Positions 37,012 through 46,755 of a DNA stretch of 61,189 bases are shown here, piece after piece (the stretch's first letter is position 1; the number at the start of each line of letters is the position of its first letter). The stretch covers positions 1-61,189 of the forward strand of contig DVFV01000096.1 of NCBI GenBank assembly GCA_018713045.1, in the 5' to 3' direction. Below the pieces are notes generated by a model, which had not been told where the DNA came from, did not search any database, and saw nothing but the letters and a program-made list of their open reading frames with translations. The position numbers and the translations under genes are program-made. This DNA is from Candidatus Coprosoma intestinipullorum. GTDB taxonomy: Bacteria > Bacillota_I > Bacilli_A > RF39 > UBA660.

Positions 37012-37104
37012 ATGAAAACTAAGACTTTTATTATAAAAGTTCTTAAGCTCATTGCTATCATTTTATTTCTCCTTATCATTATGATAGTAGTAATAAAGAA
37101 ATGA
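37012..37104 (+). CDS. 30-aa hydrophobic peptide (type I toxin-like)
   Basis: RBS AGAGGAGG then ATG, translating MKTKTFIIKVLKLIAIILFLLIIMIVVIKK. A terminator lies downstream. Confidence 0.4.
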   Translation: MKTKTFIIKVLKLIAIILFLLIIMIVVIKK

Positions 37105-37149
37105 CACTCATTCGCTAGAATAAGTGTCTAACTTAATAAATATTGGGTA

Positions 37150-37187
37150 GACATTCAACTCGGAAAAACTGAATGTTCCCTTTTTTA
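37150..37187 (+). terminator. Rho-independent terminator after the small peptide ORF
   Basis: ACATTCA-12 nt-TGAATGT followed by TCCCTTTTTT. Confidence 0.5.
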
Positions 37188-37293
37188 TTATATGCAAGTT
37201 CCCTTGACATATTCATAATAGCATAAAAAAGAACTTTTGACAAGTTCTATTTATAAATTATCTGGCCCATTAAAGGTTCAGATTAAACTCTTA

Positions 37294-37379
37294 TGGTGCA
37301 TGGGACGAGAGTTGAACTCGCACAAGGTTCCCCTCACTACCCCCTCAAAGTAGCGCGTCTACCATTCCGCCACCCATGC
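37294..37379 (-). tRNA. tRNA-Leu (anticodon GAG), long variable arm, CCA encoded
   Basis: Acceptor GCATGGG/CCCATGC, D arm GCG-GAATGGTAGA-CGC, anticodon arm CTACT-TTGAGGG-GGTAG, T arm GCGAG-TTCAACT-CTCGT. Confidence 0.85.
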
Positions 37380-37390
37380 ATAAAGGTAAA

Positions 37391-37780
37391 TTACTTAGAT
37401 AATTTACCCGTATAATTTTCGATACCACCCATATCGTATACGTATTTATAACCCATTTGATTAAGTTGAACCGCTGCCAAATGACTACGTGCACCTGTCT
37501 GACAATAGACAGCTATTTTTGTATCTAAATCATAATCGACCTTATTCTTTATTTGCGTATAAGGAATATTTCGGGCTTGTGGTATATGTCCTTCATTATA
37601 CTCCTCTTCTTCCCGAACGTCAATAATTACAACTTCATCATCGCTGACAAGTTCACTTACGCTTTCAGGATTAGTCGCATTAATAATACTTGGAGTCTTA
37701 TTTTGCCCGGCTATAAAAATAACTAATATAATCAAAATTATAATTGCAATTAAAAGTTTATGTTTTTCGATAAATTCCAT
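37391..37780 (-). CDS. Membrane-anchored rhodanese-domain sulfurtransferase
   Basis: N-terminal TM, EYNEGHIPQARNIP, and the active-site loop CQTGARS. Confidence 0.7.
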   Translation of the reverse strand: MEFIEKHKLLIAIIILIILVIFIAGQNKTPSIINATNPESVSELVSDDEVVIIDVREEEEYNEGHIPQARNIPYTQIKNKVDYDLDTKIAVYCQTGARSHLAAVQLNQMGYKYVYDMGGIENYTGKLSK

Positions 37781-37785
37781 ATTAT

Positions 37786-39111
37786 CTATCTCCTTAAAGC
37801 TTTAAACATTTTCTTCCAAAGTCCTTTAGATGAATAATTTAAAATACCAACCTTGTAAATTCTAAGACCATATTTAATTAAAATATAATTCGTTAAAATC
37901 ATTAAAACTATCGCAATAACAAACTCGAAAATTCCAATCTGACCTAAAATAAGCAGTGATGGTGCGAGTATTGCCGAAATAAACGGAACAAATGCGAATA
38001 TCTTGATAAATAATGAACCCTCAAATACTCCAGCCATCATTGCCAAATAATAACCAACTAAAGAAAGAATTACGATAGGCATCTGAAGTTGTTGAAAATC
38101 CTCGGTATTTGTCGTCATCGAAGCAAGTATTCCTGCCAAAAGAGCATAACCGATAAACGTTAAAATCATTAAAACAAGTGCGAGCGGGATTACATAACCT
38201 AGTTGCGCCGTTACATCACTGCTAACAATTCCATCGAGCAAACTCGAAATATCAAAACTTGTTGCTCCTAAAATATTGTTACTTCCCGAATACGTTCTAA
38301 TTCCAATACCGATTGCCGCATAAGCGATAAGCAAAGCACCTTGAATTAAAACAAACAAATTACTGGCGATAACTTTTGAAAAGAAATGAACCTTAGGTGA
38401 AACATTTGAAATAATAATCTCCATTCCCCTTGTCGTCTTTTCGTCGTTAACCTCAGCTCCAACCATTTGCACTAAAAATATTGTAAGCGCAAAAAACGGT
38501 AAAATTACAAGAGGAAAAACCGTACTCATAATCATCTGTGTACTCTCAGCTTCACTTTTCTTATTCTCATCTAAAATCTCTCTATCAAGCTCGATAGGAT
38601 CTGATATTTTGGCAAGCTCAGAAGCACTTATATTGCTTTCAGCCAAAGCCAAAGTTGATTTTACGTTATTCATAATCATAGTTATCTGCGCATACTCTGT
38701 CGCACTCGCATAACCTTCTGACACAAGTTTAGCCCTAATCACGTTTTCTGAATCGTTATCGATTACTAAAATCCAGGCATCCTTATCATCCTCAATTATC
38801 TCTTTCGCATCTTTTTTGGCCCTTTTAAAATCAAAAGCTTCATCTGAATTGTTTGTCATGTTTTTATATTCTTCACTTTGTTTTTTTAAAATATCAAAAG
38901 TATTGTATTCTTCATTACTATTATCGATGACATAAACTTTTTGAGCATCGTCAAAATCGCCACCAAAAGCATTTATAATCGTATCGACATTAAAAAGTCC
39001 AGCAATAAGCAATGCGAAAATAACATTTGCCAAAACAAACCACTTTGTCTTTATTTTTCTTCTAAGACTCATATTAACCAAAAACTTAAGTTTATTTTTC
39101 ATAAGTCTCAC
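37786..39111 (-). CDS. ABC-2 type transporter permease (NatB-like)
   Basis: 441 aa with an N-terminal TM, a large extracytoplasmic loop and a C-terminal multi-TM block. Overlaps the ATPase gene. Confidence 0.6.
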   Translation of the reverse strand: MRLMKNKLKFLVNMSLRRKIKTKWFVLANVIFALLIAGLFNVDTIINAFGGDFDDAQKVYVIDNSNEEYNTFDILKKQSEEYKNMTNNSDEAFDFKRAKKDAKEIIEDDKDAWILVIDNDSENVIRAKLVSEGYASATEYAQITMIMNNVKSTLALAESNISASELAKISDPIELDREILDENKKSEAESTQMIMSTVFPLVILPFFALTIFLVQMVGAEVNDEKTTRGMEIIISNVSPKVHFFSKVIASNLFVLIQGALLIAYAAIGIGIRTYSGSNNILGATSFDISSLLDGIVSSDVTAQLGYVIPLALVLMILTFIGYALLAGILASMTTNTEDFQQLQMPIVILSLVGYYLAMMAGVFEGSLFIKIFAFVPFISAILAPSLLILGQIGIFEFVIAIVLMILTNYILIKYGLRIYKVGILNYSSKGLWKKMFKALRR

Positions 39112-39991
39112 CTACTTTTTCGATAAATATCTCATTTAAACTTGGCTCCTCGACAACAAATTTAGTAATATTATCGCCTTTACTTACAACCTTAAATACC
39201 TTATCAGCTACATCCTCTGAAGCAATTTTAACCTCATAATCTAAATTGTTTTTAGAAATAGCTATCACGCCATCTATTTTCTTAATTTCTTTTATATCGA
39301 TATCCCCAGAAATAATAATATTTTTCTTTCGGTATTTCTTCTTGATATCTTTTAAGTCTCCTTCTAAAACTGACTTGCCATTCTTTAAAACAACGAGTTT
39401 CTTACAAAATAGCTCGACATGTTCCATCCTATGAGAAGAGAAAATAATCATACTTCCCTCTTTAGCCAGCTCTTTTATTTCATCCTTAAAAAGCTCGACA
39501 TTGAAAGGGTCTAATCCCGAAAAAGGTTCATCTAAAATAAGTAACCTTGGATTGTTGATAATTGCCATAATAAACTGAATCTTTTGTTGATTACCTTTTG
39601 AAAGCTCTTTTATCTTCTTATCTTTATAATTGGAAATTTTAAATTTATCCAAAAGCTCATCGAGCCTCTTTAAAATCTCATCTTCCTTCATTCCTTTTAA
39701 AACCCCATAATAGATAGCTTGATCGCGAACAGTTAATTTTGTAAGTAAACTTCTCTCTTCCGTTAAAAAACCAATTTCATCTGTCACACTATAATCTATT
39801 GGTCTGCCATCTAAAGTAATTTCACCACTAGAAGGCTCCAAAAGACCAATTATCATTCTAAAAGTAGTTGTCTTTCCAGCCCCATTAACTCCAAGCAAAC
39901 CAAAAATCTCTCCAGGTTTAACCTCGAAAGATAAATCGTCAACTGCTAGAAAATCATCGTAATATTTCTTAATATGTGAAACTTTTAACAT
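39092..39991 (-). CDS. ABC transporter ATP-binding protein (NatA-like)
   Basis: Walker A GVNGAGKTT, signature LSKGNQQK, Walker B LLILDEP. Confidence 0.8.
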   Translation of the reverse strand: MLKVSHIKKYYDDFLAVDDLSFEVKPGEIFGLLGVNGAGKTTTFRMIIGLLEPSSGEITLDGRPIDYSVTDEIGFLTEERSLLTKLTVRDQAIYYGVLKGMKEDEILKRLDELLDKFKISNYKDKKIKELSKGNQQKIQFIMAIINNPRLLILDEPFSGLDPFNVELFKDEIKELAKEGSMIIFSSHRMEHVELFCKKLVVLKNGKSVLEGDLKDIKKKYRKKNIIISGDIDIKEIKKIDGVIAISKNNLDYEVKIASEDVADKVFKVVSKGDNITKFVVEEPSLNEIFIEKVGETYEK

Positions 39992-40001
39992 AATTCCTCC
40001 A

Positions 40002-41036
40002 TTACAAAAGCCTTAATATATCGTTATACGTTATCAAAATCATTAAAAGCATTAATAGGAAAAAGCCAACTGCATGTACAGTATTTTCAAATTTCGGATC
40101 AACTGGTCTTCCTTTAATCTTCTCGGCAATCAAGAAGAAAATTCTACCACCGTCAAAAGCCGGAATTGGAAGCAAGTTGATAAAACCGACATTAATGCTG
40201 ATCAAAGCCGTAAAACTTACAAGTGACCAAATACCACCCGCAGCTGCACTTCCAACTACGCTAAATATTCCAACCGGACCTGCTAAAGAAGAAAGACCGA
40301 GCTGTCCAGTACACAAATAAAATACCATTAAAACCATTTGCCAAAGTAAACTTAAAGTCTTTGTAAATGAATAAACAATAGAAGCCCATAAACCATGTTT
40401 AACTTCGTCGTTTATAACAAAACCATACTTATAAGTTTCTTCTCCATCTATTTTAACTTTCTTAGGTTCAATCGTAAACTCTAAAACCTCGCCATTACGT
40501 TCAACTTCCATATCGATAGTTTTACCAACATTTACCTGAAGCTCTAAAGCTAATAAATCATTACTACTTGCATCTCTTCCGTTGATTGTTAAAATCTCAT
40601 CACCCTCTTGTAGACCTGAAGTATAAGACGGAAAACCTTCGCTTATTTCTCCAACTAAAGCCTTATTTTGAGGTGCGCCATTAAAAATAGCAATCAAGAA
40701 AAGCAAAATAATAGCTAAAATAAAGTTATTCATTATTCCTGCAAAAGCAATCATCATCTTCTGCCCAAAAGTCTTTTTCGCAAATTTTTTGTCTTTTGGA
40801 ACACTCTCATCATCATCGATCTCTTCACCAGCAAGTTGGCAATACCCACCTATCGGTAAAAGTCTAAGTGAATATTCCGTCTCGTCGTTTTTCCTTGTCC
40901 ACTTAAAAAGTCTTGGACCCATTCCGATTGAAAACTCATAAACATATACCCCTGACTTCTTCGCAAAAATAAAGTGTCCAAATTCATGGACTAAAACGAC
41001 TATACCTAAAATTAAGATAAAATATATTAAAGTCAT
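40002..41036 (-). CDS. rseP: RIP site-2 metalloprotease RseP
   Basis: HEFGH in TM1, a PDZ-like middle region and a C-terminal NxxPxxxxDG motif (NLLPIPAFDGG). Sits in the cdsA-rseP context. Confidence 0.85.
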   Translation of the reverse strand: MTLIYFILILGIVVLVHEFGHFIFAKKSGVYVYEFSIGMGPRLFKWTRKNDETEYSLRLLPIGGYCQLAGEEIDDDESVPKDKKFAKKTFGQKMMIAFAGIMNNFILAIILLFLIAIFNGAPQNKALVGEISEGFPSYTSGLQEGDEILTINGRDASSNDLLALELQVNVGKTIDMEVERNGEVLEFTIEPKKVKIDGEETYKYGFVINDEVKHGLWASIVYSFTKTLSLLWQMVLMVFYLCTGQLGLSSLAGPVGIFSVVGSAAAGGIWSLVSFTALISINVGFINLLPIPAFDGGRIFFLIAEKIKGRPVDPKFENTVHAVGFFLLMLLMILITYNDILRLL

Positions 41037-41050
41037 AAGTTACCCCTTTT

Positions 41051-41851
41051 CTATAAAATATTTACAAAGAAAACAAAACCAAGTAAAACAAATATTATAC
41101 TGTCAAGCCTATCCAAAATACCTCCGTGACCTGGCATAATATTTGAAAAATCTTTCTTTCCAAAATATCTTTTAATTGAAGAAAATACCAAATCGCCGTA
41201 TTGACCTAAAACAGATAAGAACAAAGATATTCCAAGTAAATAAACCTTTGAAAACTCAGGATCGATTACTGTATGATAAAATACTGCACTAACAAACACT
41301 CCCATGATCGTTCCGCCGACCATACCTTCCCAAGTCTTATTCGGTGAAATAACCTCTAATAACTTATGTTTTCCAATCAAAGAACCAGTTACATAGGCAA
41401 ATATATCTGTCATCGTCGTAATAAGAAGTAAATAAACAAGTATCTCAAGTCCCATATTTCTAACAAGCATTAAAAGAGTCATTGAAATGCTAAGGAAAAG
41501 GAGTCCACCTATCATATAAAATGCGTCATTAATACTATATTTTTTTCGCTCATGATATAGAACAACTGGCAATAAAAACGTAATAAATAAAGCTGAAAGT
41601 AATCTAAAATCAAGTTCGAAATCCATTGTAATTAAATTAACATTACTTAAAAGTACTAATGTCATAAACACATAAGCCATAAATTGTATGAAAATTGGAA
41701 GTGGCTTTTTAGAAGACTTAATATCCAAAAATTCCTTAAGTCCAAGTAAAGCAATCACATAAACGCCAATATTATAAGCAGTTCCTCCGACAATAATAAG
41801 TGGAACTAAAATAATCAAAGCAACAATCGCACTAATTACTCTTGTCTTCAT
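41051..41851 (-). CDS. cdsA: Phosphatidate cytidylyltransferase
   Basis: Signature SSIKRYFGKKDFSNIMPGHGGILDRLDS. Confidence 0.85.
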   Translation of the reverse strand: MKTRVISAIVALIILVPLIIVGGTAYNIGVYVIALLGLKEFLDIKSSKKPLPIFIQFMAYVFMTLVLLSNVNLITMDFELDFRLLSALFITFLLPVVLYHERKKYSINDAFYMIGGLLFLSISMTLLMLVRNMGLEILVYLLLITTMTDIFAYVTGSLIGKHKLLEVISPNKTWEGMVGGTIMGVFVSAVFYHTVIDPEFSKVYLLGISLFLSVLGQYGDLVFSSIKRYFGKKDFSNIMPGHGGILDRLDSIIFVLLGFVFFVNIL

Positions 41852-42560
41852 AATTTATCCCTCCAAATCTGCGATCTCTTTTAGTATATTCTATAATAGC
41901 CTTATCAAATTCCTTCTCGTCAAAATCCGGAAAATAAGTTTTTGGAAAATAAAACTCCGCATAAGAAACTTGCCAAAGTAAAAAATTACTAAGTCTCATT
42001 TCCCCGCTTGTTCTAATAAGTAAATCGACAGGTGGTAAATCCTGATATAAATAATGACTATAATTATCTTCATTTAAATCATCGATATTAAGTTTACCAC
42101 TTTCTACATCGTTAACTATTTTCTTAGTCGCATCAACTATCTCTGCATGACCACCATAATTAAAACATAGATTAAACACCTTATCATAATCTTTAGTTTC
42201 ATCTTCGATTTCTAAAATAGTTTTCATTACTTTATCAGATAAACCTTCTCTTCTTCCAGAAAATACAACCTTAATTTTATCTTCACGGCAAAAATCCAAT
42301 ATATCTTTCATTCTTCCTGTAAGTAAATTCATTAAAAAATCAACTTCAGCCTTACTTCTTTTAAAGTTTTCCGTCGAAAATAAATAAGCACTTAAATAGT
42401 TAATTCCTTTAGAAAAAATATATCTACTAAGTTTTTTGACATTGACAAATCCTTGTTCATGTCCCTTGCTTCGAGATAGACCTCGCTCAGTTGCCCATCT
42501 TCCATTTCCATCGACAATTAATGCCACATGATTAGGCACTTTTAAATTACTATAATCCAT
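41832..42560 (-). CDS. uppS: Undecaprenyl diphosphate synthase
   Basis: VALIVDGNGRWA near the N-terminus and RTSGEMRLSNFLLWQ towards the C-terminus. Confidence 0.9.
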   Translation of the reverse strand: MDYSNLKVPNHVALIVDGNGRWATERGLSRSKGHEQGFVNVKKLSRYIFSKGINYLSAYLFSTENFKRSKAEVDFLMNLLTGRMKDILDFCREDKIKVVFSGRREGLSDKVMKTILEIEDETKDYDKVFNLCFNYGGHAEIVDATKKIVNDVESGKLNIDDLNEDNYSHYLYQDLPPVDLLIRTSGEMRLSNFLLWQVSYAEFYFPKTYFPDFDEKEFDKAIIEYTKRDRRFGGINYEDKSN

Positions 42561-42668
42561 TTTATACTCCTTTAATATAGATACTTCTCTATACTGTTTT
42601 CATTATAGCAAATAAACACTAAACTATCAATGAAAAAACAAAGCAATTTTACTTTGTTTAAACTTTTA

Positions 42669-42773
42669 CTCTCCCGAAAATTTTAAAATGTCATCTACTT
42701 TACATTCTAAGACATAACAAAATCTTGCAATGACATCCAGGTCAATCCTAGTTAATCTATTATTATAATTTTT
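42669..42773 (-). pseudogene. C-terminal fragment of a small XRE/YozG-like HTH regulator (no start codon, N-terminal half missing)
   Basis: Hand translation NNRLTRIDLDVIARFCYVLECKVDDILKFSGE, preceded in frame by a stop with no initiation codon. Confidence 0.35.
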
Positions 42774-43214
42774 TTATTATTCCTATAATTTTAGGACATA
42801 TAATTTATGGAATTATATTATTGAATAATAAAAAGAATGTATTTGATGAATTTTTGTTAAGCCATCAAAGACTATTTATTTGTCTGACATTAATTATGAT
42901 GATTATTACTGAATTTATTATATTAAAAAGAGACTACAACAAAATATTTATTGTAAATATAATCTTATCCAAGTTAATTGAATTAGATAAGGACCAATAA
43001 ATTGTGTAAGTTAAGAAATGAGAGGCACAAGTAACGTATAAAACCTTTATACTTGATAAATTCTTAGCTAATTTAACATCATAACTTTCTTGTAATAACT
43101 GTATATTCCCTTTTTTCACCATTCCCTTTCATATAAAAATCTCTCCACTCTTTATCATGGAAAGATTTTTATTTACACAATTTTATTTCAATAAAAAAGT
43201 ATCCCTCAGGATAC

Positions 43215-44084
43215 TTATTTCATTTGTTTAGCTACTTCTTCAGCAAAGTTTTCTTCTCTTTTTTCCATACCTTCGCCTACTTCAAAGCGATACATTGATT
43301 TAATTTCGCCACCATTGTTCTTAACATAAGTTTTAACATTGATGTCTCCATCTTTAACAAATGGTTGTTCTTCAAGACAAATCTCTTTATAGAATTTATT
43401 AATTCTACCCTTAACCATTTTTTCAGCAATCTCTGCAGGTTTTCCTTCATTAACTGCTTGTTCTTTTAAAACTTCCTCTTCTCTAGCTACTTCCTCAGCT
43501 GGAACGTCAGTTGTTTTAACATATTTAGGTCTCATAGCCGCAGCATGCATAGCCACATCTCTTGCAACTTCTTCTGAAGTATTTTCAGTAACGATTAAAA
43601 CAGCAATTTTACCGCCCATGTGAATATATGAACCAAATGTTTCATTATCACCCTTAGTAACTTTAGCAAATCTTCTTAAAGAAAGTTTTTCACCAATAGT
43701 TGCAGTTTTAGAAACAATTAAATCATTAACTGTTCCATCCTCACAAGGAAGTTCTAAAGCTTCTTCTACAGTTGTAACGTCACTCTTAATTAAAGTTTTT
43801 AAAACACTGTCGACGAGTTCCTTAAACTTTTCATTTTGCGCAACGAAATCAGTCTCTGAATTCATTTCTAAAATAACTGCGTTATTACCATCTACTAATA
43901 TAGCAGCCACACCTTCAGCAGCTATTCTATCGCTTTTTTTAGCCGCCTTAGAAATACCTTTTTCACGAAGCCAATCAACTGCAGCTTCGATATTTCCATC
44001 GTTAGCTTCTAAAGCTTTTTTACAATCAAGCATTCCTGCTCCAGTTTTTTCACGTAATTCTTTTACTAAACTTGCACTTATCAT
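43215..44084 (-). CDS. tsf: Elongation factor Ts
   Basis: SASLVKELREKTGAGMLDCKKALEANDGNIEAAVDWLREKG. Confidence 0.95.
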   Translation of the reverse strand: MISASLVKELREKTGAGMLDCKKALEANDGNIEAAVDWLREKGISKAAKKSDRIAAEGVAAILVDGNNAVILEMNSETDFVAQNEKFKELVDSVLKTLIKSDVTTVEEALELPCEDGTVNDLIVSKTATIGEKLSLRRFAKVTKGDNETFGSYIHMGGKIAVLIVTENTSEEVARDVAMHAAAMRPKYVKTTDVPAEEVAREEEVLKEQAVNEGKPAEIAEKMVKGRINKFYKEICLEEQPFVKDGDINVKTYVKNNGGEIKSMYRFEVGEGMEKREENFAEEVAKQMK

Positions 44085-44138
44085 TTATTCTCTCTCCTTT
44101 TTATTTAAAAAAGATGATATAAAATCATCTTTTGTTAA

Positions 44139-45200
44139 CTATTTTAAAGCTTCAATAAGATCAGCTTTTTTCATTGTTGAATAACCTTTAAGTCCTTTTT
44201 CTTTAGCCATCTCACGAAGTTCTGCAACATTTTTTGTAGATAAATCTACATCGGCTTTTTTAGTTTCTTCAGTTTGAACTTCTTTTACTTCTTTGGCTTC
44301 TTCTTTTACTGGTTTTTCAGTATTTTGAACTTTTTTAGGTTGAGCTTCACTTTTTTCAGATGATTTATTATCAGATGATTTGTTGAAAGATCTTCTATCT
44401 TTACGGTCGAATCTTGGTTTTCTATCTTCTTTTTTCTTAACAGTTTCTAAGGCTCTCTTCATTATATCTTCGCCTTTTTCTTCTCTATGACCATCACCAC
44501 TAACGTAATCTACTAATTTTCCACCAGTAGCTTCAGCAATTGCATTTCCCATAACACCAGTAATTAACTTAACAGCTCTAATCGCATCGTCATTACCAGG
44601 AATTACATAATCAACCATATCTGGATCACAGTTAGTATCGACAATACCAAATACTGGAATATGTAACTTTCTAGCTTCTCTAATTGCAATCTCTTCTTTT
44701 GATGGGTCTACGATAAACATTGCTTGTGGTAATTTGTACATATTTCTAATACCAGAAAGTAATTTATTTAATTTCTCGTACTCTTTTCTAATATGAACAA
44801 CTTCTTTCTTAGGTAAAAGATCGAATACTCCATCCTTTTCCATTTTTTCGATTTGTTCAAGTCTCTTAACTCTTCTTCTAATAGTCTTGAAGTTAGTTAA
44901 AGTACCACCAAGCCATCTTTCGTTAACGTAATAAGAATCTGTTCTTAAAGCCTCTTCTTTAACAGCTTCTTGAGCTTGTTTTCTTGTACCGACAAATAAA
45001 ACCTTTCCGCCATTAGCAGCAATTTCTTTTAAAGCTGCATAAGCTTCTTCAATTTTTTTAGCAGTCTTTTGTAAATCGATAATATAAATATCATCTCTTG
45101 CAGTAAAGATGTATTCCTTCATCTTAGGATTCCATCTCTTAGTTTGATGTCCGAAATGAACACCAGCCTCTAATAAATAATTCATTGACACAACGGCCAT
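44139..45200 (-). CDS. rpsB: 30S ribosomal protein S2 with a long C-terminal extension
   Basis: [19 protein letters not shown] core. 353 aa in total, with a Lys/Glu-rich tail ending [34 protein letters not shown]. Confidence 0.95.
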   Translation of the reverse strand: MAVVSMNYLLEAGVHFGHQTKRWNPKMKEYIFTARDDIYIIDLQKTAKKIEEAYAALKEIAANGGKVLFVGTRKQAQEAVKEEALRTDSYYVNERWLGGTLTNFKTIRRRVKRLEQIEKMEKDGVFDLLPKKEVVHIRKEYEKLNKLLSGIRNMYKLPQAMFIVDPSKEEIAIREARKLHIPVFGIVDTNCDPDMVDYVIPGNDDAIRAVKLITGVMGNAIAEATGGKLVDYVSGDGHREEKGEDIMKRALETVKKKEDRKPRFDRKDRRSFNKSSDNKSSEKSEAQPKKVQNTEKPVKEEAKEVKEVQTEETKKADVDLSTKNVAELREMAKEKGLKGYSTMKKADLIEALK

Positions 45201-45367
45201 TCTTTCATCCTCCTTTTGTTATTATCCTCTGAATATTTCAAAATCGCACCACCCATAAGGCACTAGACACGAAAATTCATATTCATGTGTTTTAAAAAAG
45301 CCATGCTTATTATAACATATTTATATGTTTTTGTACAATGAAATATCTGCCTTTTTTCAAAAAAATC

Positions 45368-46594
45368 CTAGTCTTTTCTAGAATTTTTATAAAGAATGTC
45401 GATATCCACATAACCATTAATTCCATCGATAACTCCATCATCACACATCTGCCACATAAAATATTCGCCATCATAATCCGTCTGCGAAGTATAATGAGCA
45501 AGCCAAACTGACTTCGTATGATACTTCCAAATCGACTTCAAATAATTCTTACTTCCATAAAGAACACCATTATAACCAGCATCCTCTACCGTATTTATAA
45601 ACGTATCGGCAATCTCATTAAGGCCAAAAATACTAAGATCCATTTCATTAAAAGCTTTAAAACTTTCAAAATCAAACACAACAGGCAAACTGATATCGTA
45701 TTTCTTTATTTGCTTTATAACCCACTTAGCTTGCTTTTTAGCCTCACTTTTACTATCAGCATATGAATAAAAATACACGCCAACCTTTAACTTATTATTC
45801 AAAGCGCTCTTGATATTACTTTCGAAATAAGGGTCTAATACATAATCTCCTCCAGTCCCATTTTGATAACCGGCCCGAATCATCACAAACGTTGCCCCAG
45901 CCTCTTTTACTTTGGCAAAATCAACATCTCCTTGATAACGAGAAACATCAATTCCAACTTCAGTCTCATCATTTTTATAATTTTCTAAAACATCACTGAA
46001 ATTTGTCACCGGTTTAGGTTCATCACTAGATACCGAAGAATTTGTAGTACTACTTTCATCTTCAGTATAGACAACTAAATTAAAGTTCTTTGAAAAAACA
46101 TTTCCACTACTATCTTCTGCCACAAAAGTAAGCGGATACGTTCCCTCCGTATTTATATCATAATCACCTAAAATTTGGCATGAAGGATTGCTATCGTAAT
46201 TATCTACACACATTATAGTTCCCTCTAAATCGATATCACTTCCTAAAAGCGTTCTATAACTACTGTTTAACCAAACCAAAGGCTTCTCTGTATCGACAAC
46301 TGAAACTTCAAACGTCCCTCTTCTCTTCTTATCATCACTATTTAAATAAATAAAACTGACTTCAGTCTTACCTAACTTTTTAGTTTTGATATCATCTTCA
46401 GAAATAATCTTTCCCTTTATCTTGTTTATAAAATCGCTAGGTTTAACCTCACTATATACCTCAGCCGTCAAATCATCCTTTAAAGTAAAACCACTATTAT
46501 CATCGACTATTCTATTATTCAAATAAATAACCAAAACCGTTATCGATATCAGAACTATAACTATAATTAATCCGATTATTATCTTTTTCTTCAT
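45368..46594 (-). CDS. Membrane-anchored GH25 muramidase with an Ig-like (DUF5011-type) domain
   Basis: N-terminal TM, a DNYDSNP...EGTYPLTFVAEDSSGN region, and the GH25 motif GIDVSRYQGDVDFAKVKEAGATFVMIRAGY. Confidence 0.7.
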   Translation of the reverse strand: MKKKIIIGLIIVIVLISITVLVIYLNNRIVDDNSGFTLKDDLTAEVYSEVKPSDFINKIKGKIISEDDIKTKKLGKTEVSFIYLNSDDKKRRGTFEVSVVDTEKPLVWLNSSYRTLLGSDIDLEGTIMCVDNYDSNPSCQILGDYDINTEGTYPLTFVAEDSSGNVFSKNFNLVVYTEDESSTTNSSVSSDEPKPVTNFSDVLENYKNDETEVGIDVSRYQGDVDFAKVKEAGATFVMIRAGYQNGTGGDYVLDPYFESNIKSALNNKLKVGVYFYSYADSKSEAKKQAKWVIKQIKKYDISLPVVFDFESFKAFNEMDLSIFGLNEIADTFINTVEDAGYNGVLYGSKNYLKSIWKYHTKSVWLAHYTSQTDYDGEYFMWQMCDDGVIDGINGYVDIDILYKNSRKD

Positions 46595-46755
46595 TCTAAA
46601 ACACCTTCGCTAAAAATAGTTTATCAAAACTTTAACTAAAAAGCTATTCCTTATTAAAACTTTTATAAATATATTTAAAACCTGAAATCTTTTTCCGAAA
46701 AATAACTAACCATTATTAAACTTGTTACATAAAATAATAAAGAAAGGAGGATAAA

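Noticed and set aside
37294-37379. tRNA-Leu(GAG) as the prophage integration target, with 35.2-37.3 kb as phage cargo
   Set aside because: The tRNA-like remnant next to the integrase (35114..35136) has a different sequence from the tRNA-Leu 3' end and is followed by its own terminator. This cannot be excluded without the left prophage end.
45310-45501. 63-aa minus-strand ORF overlapping the 3' end of the GH25 gene, and 53453..53713 inside ltaS
   Set aside because: These are out-of-frame internal ORFs within well-supported longer genes on the same strand. They have no independent signals.
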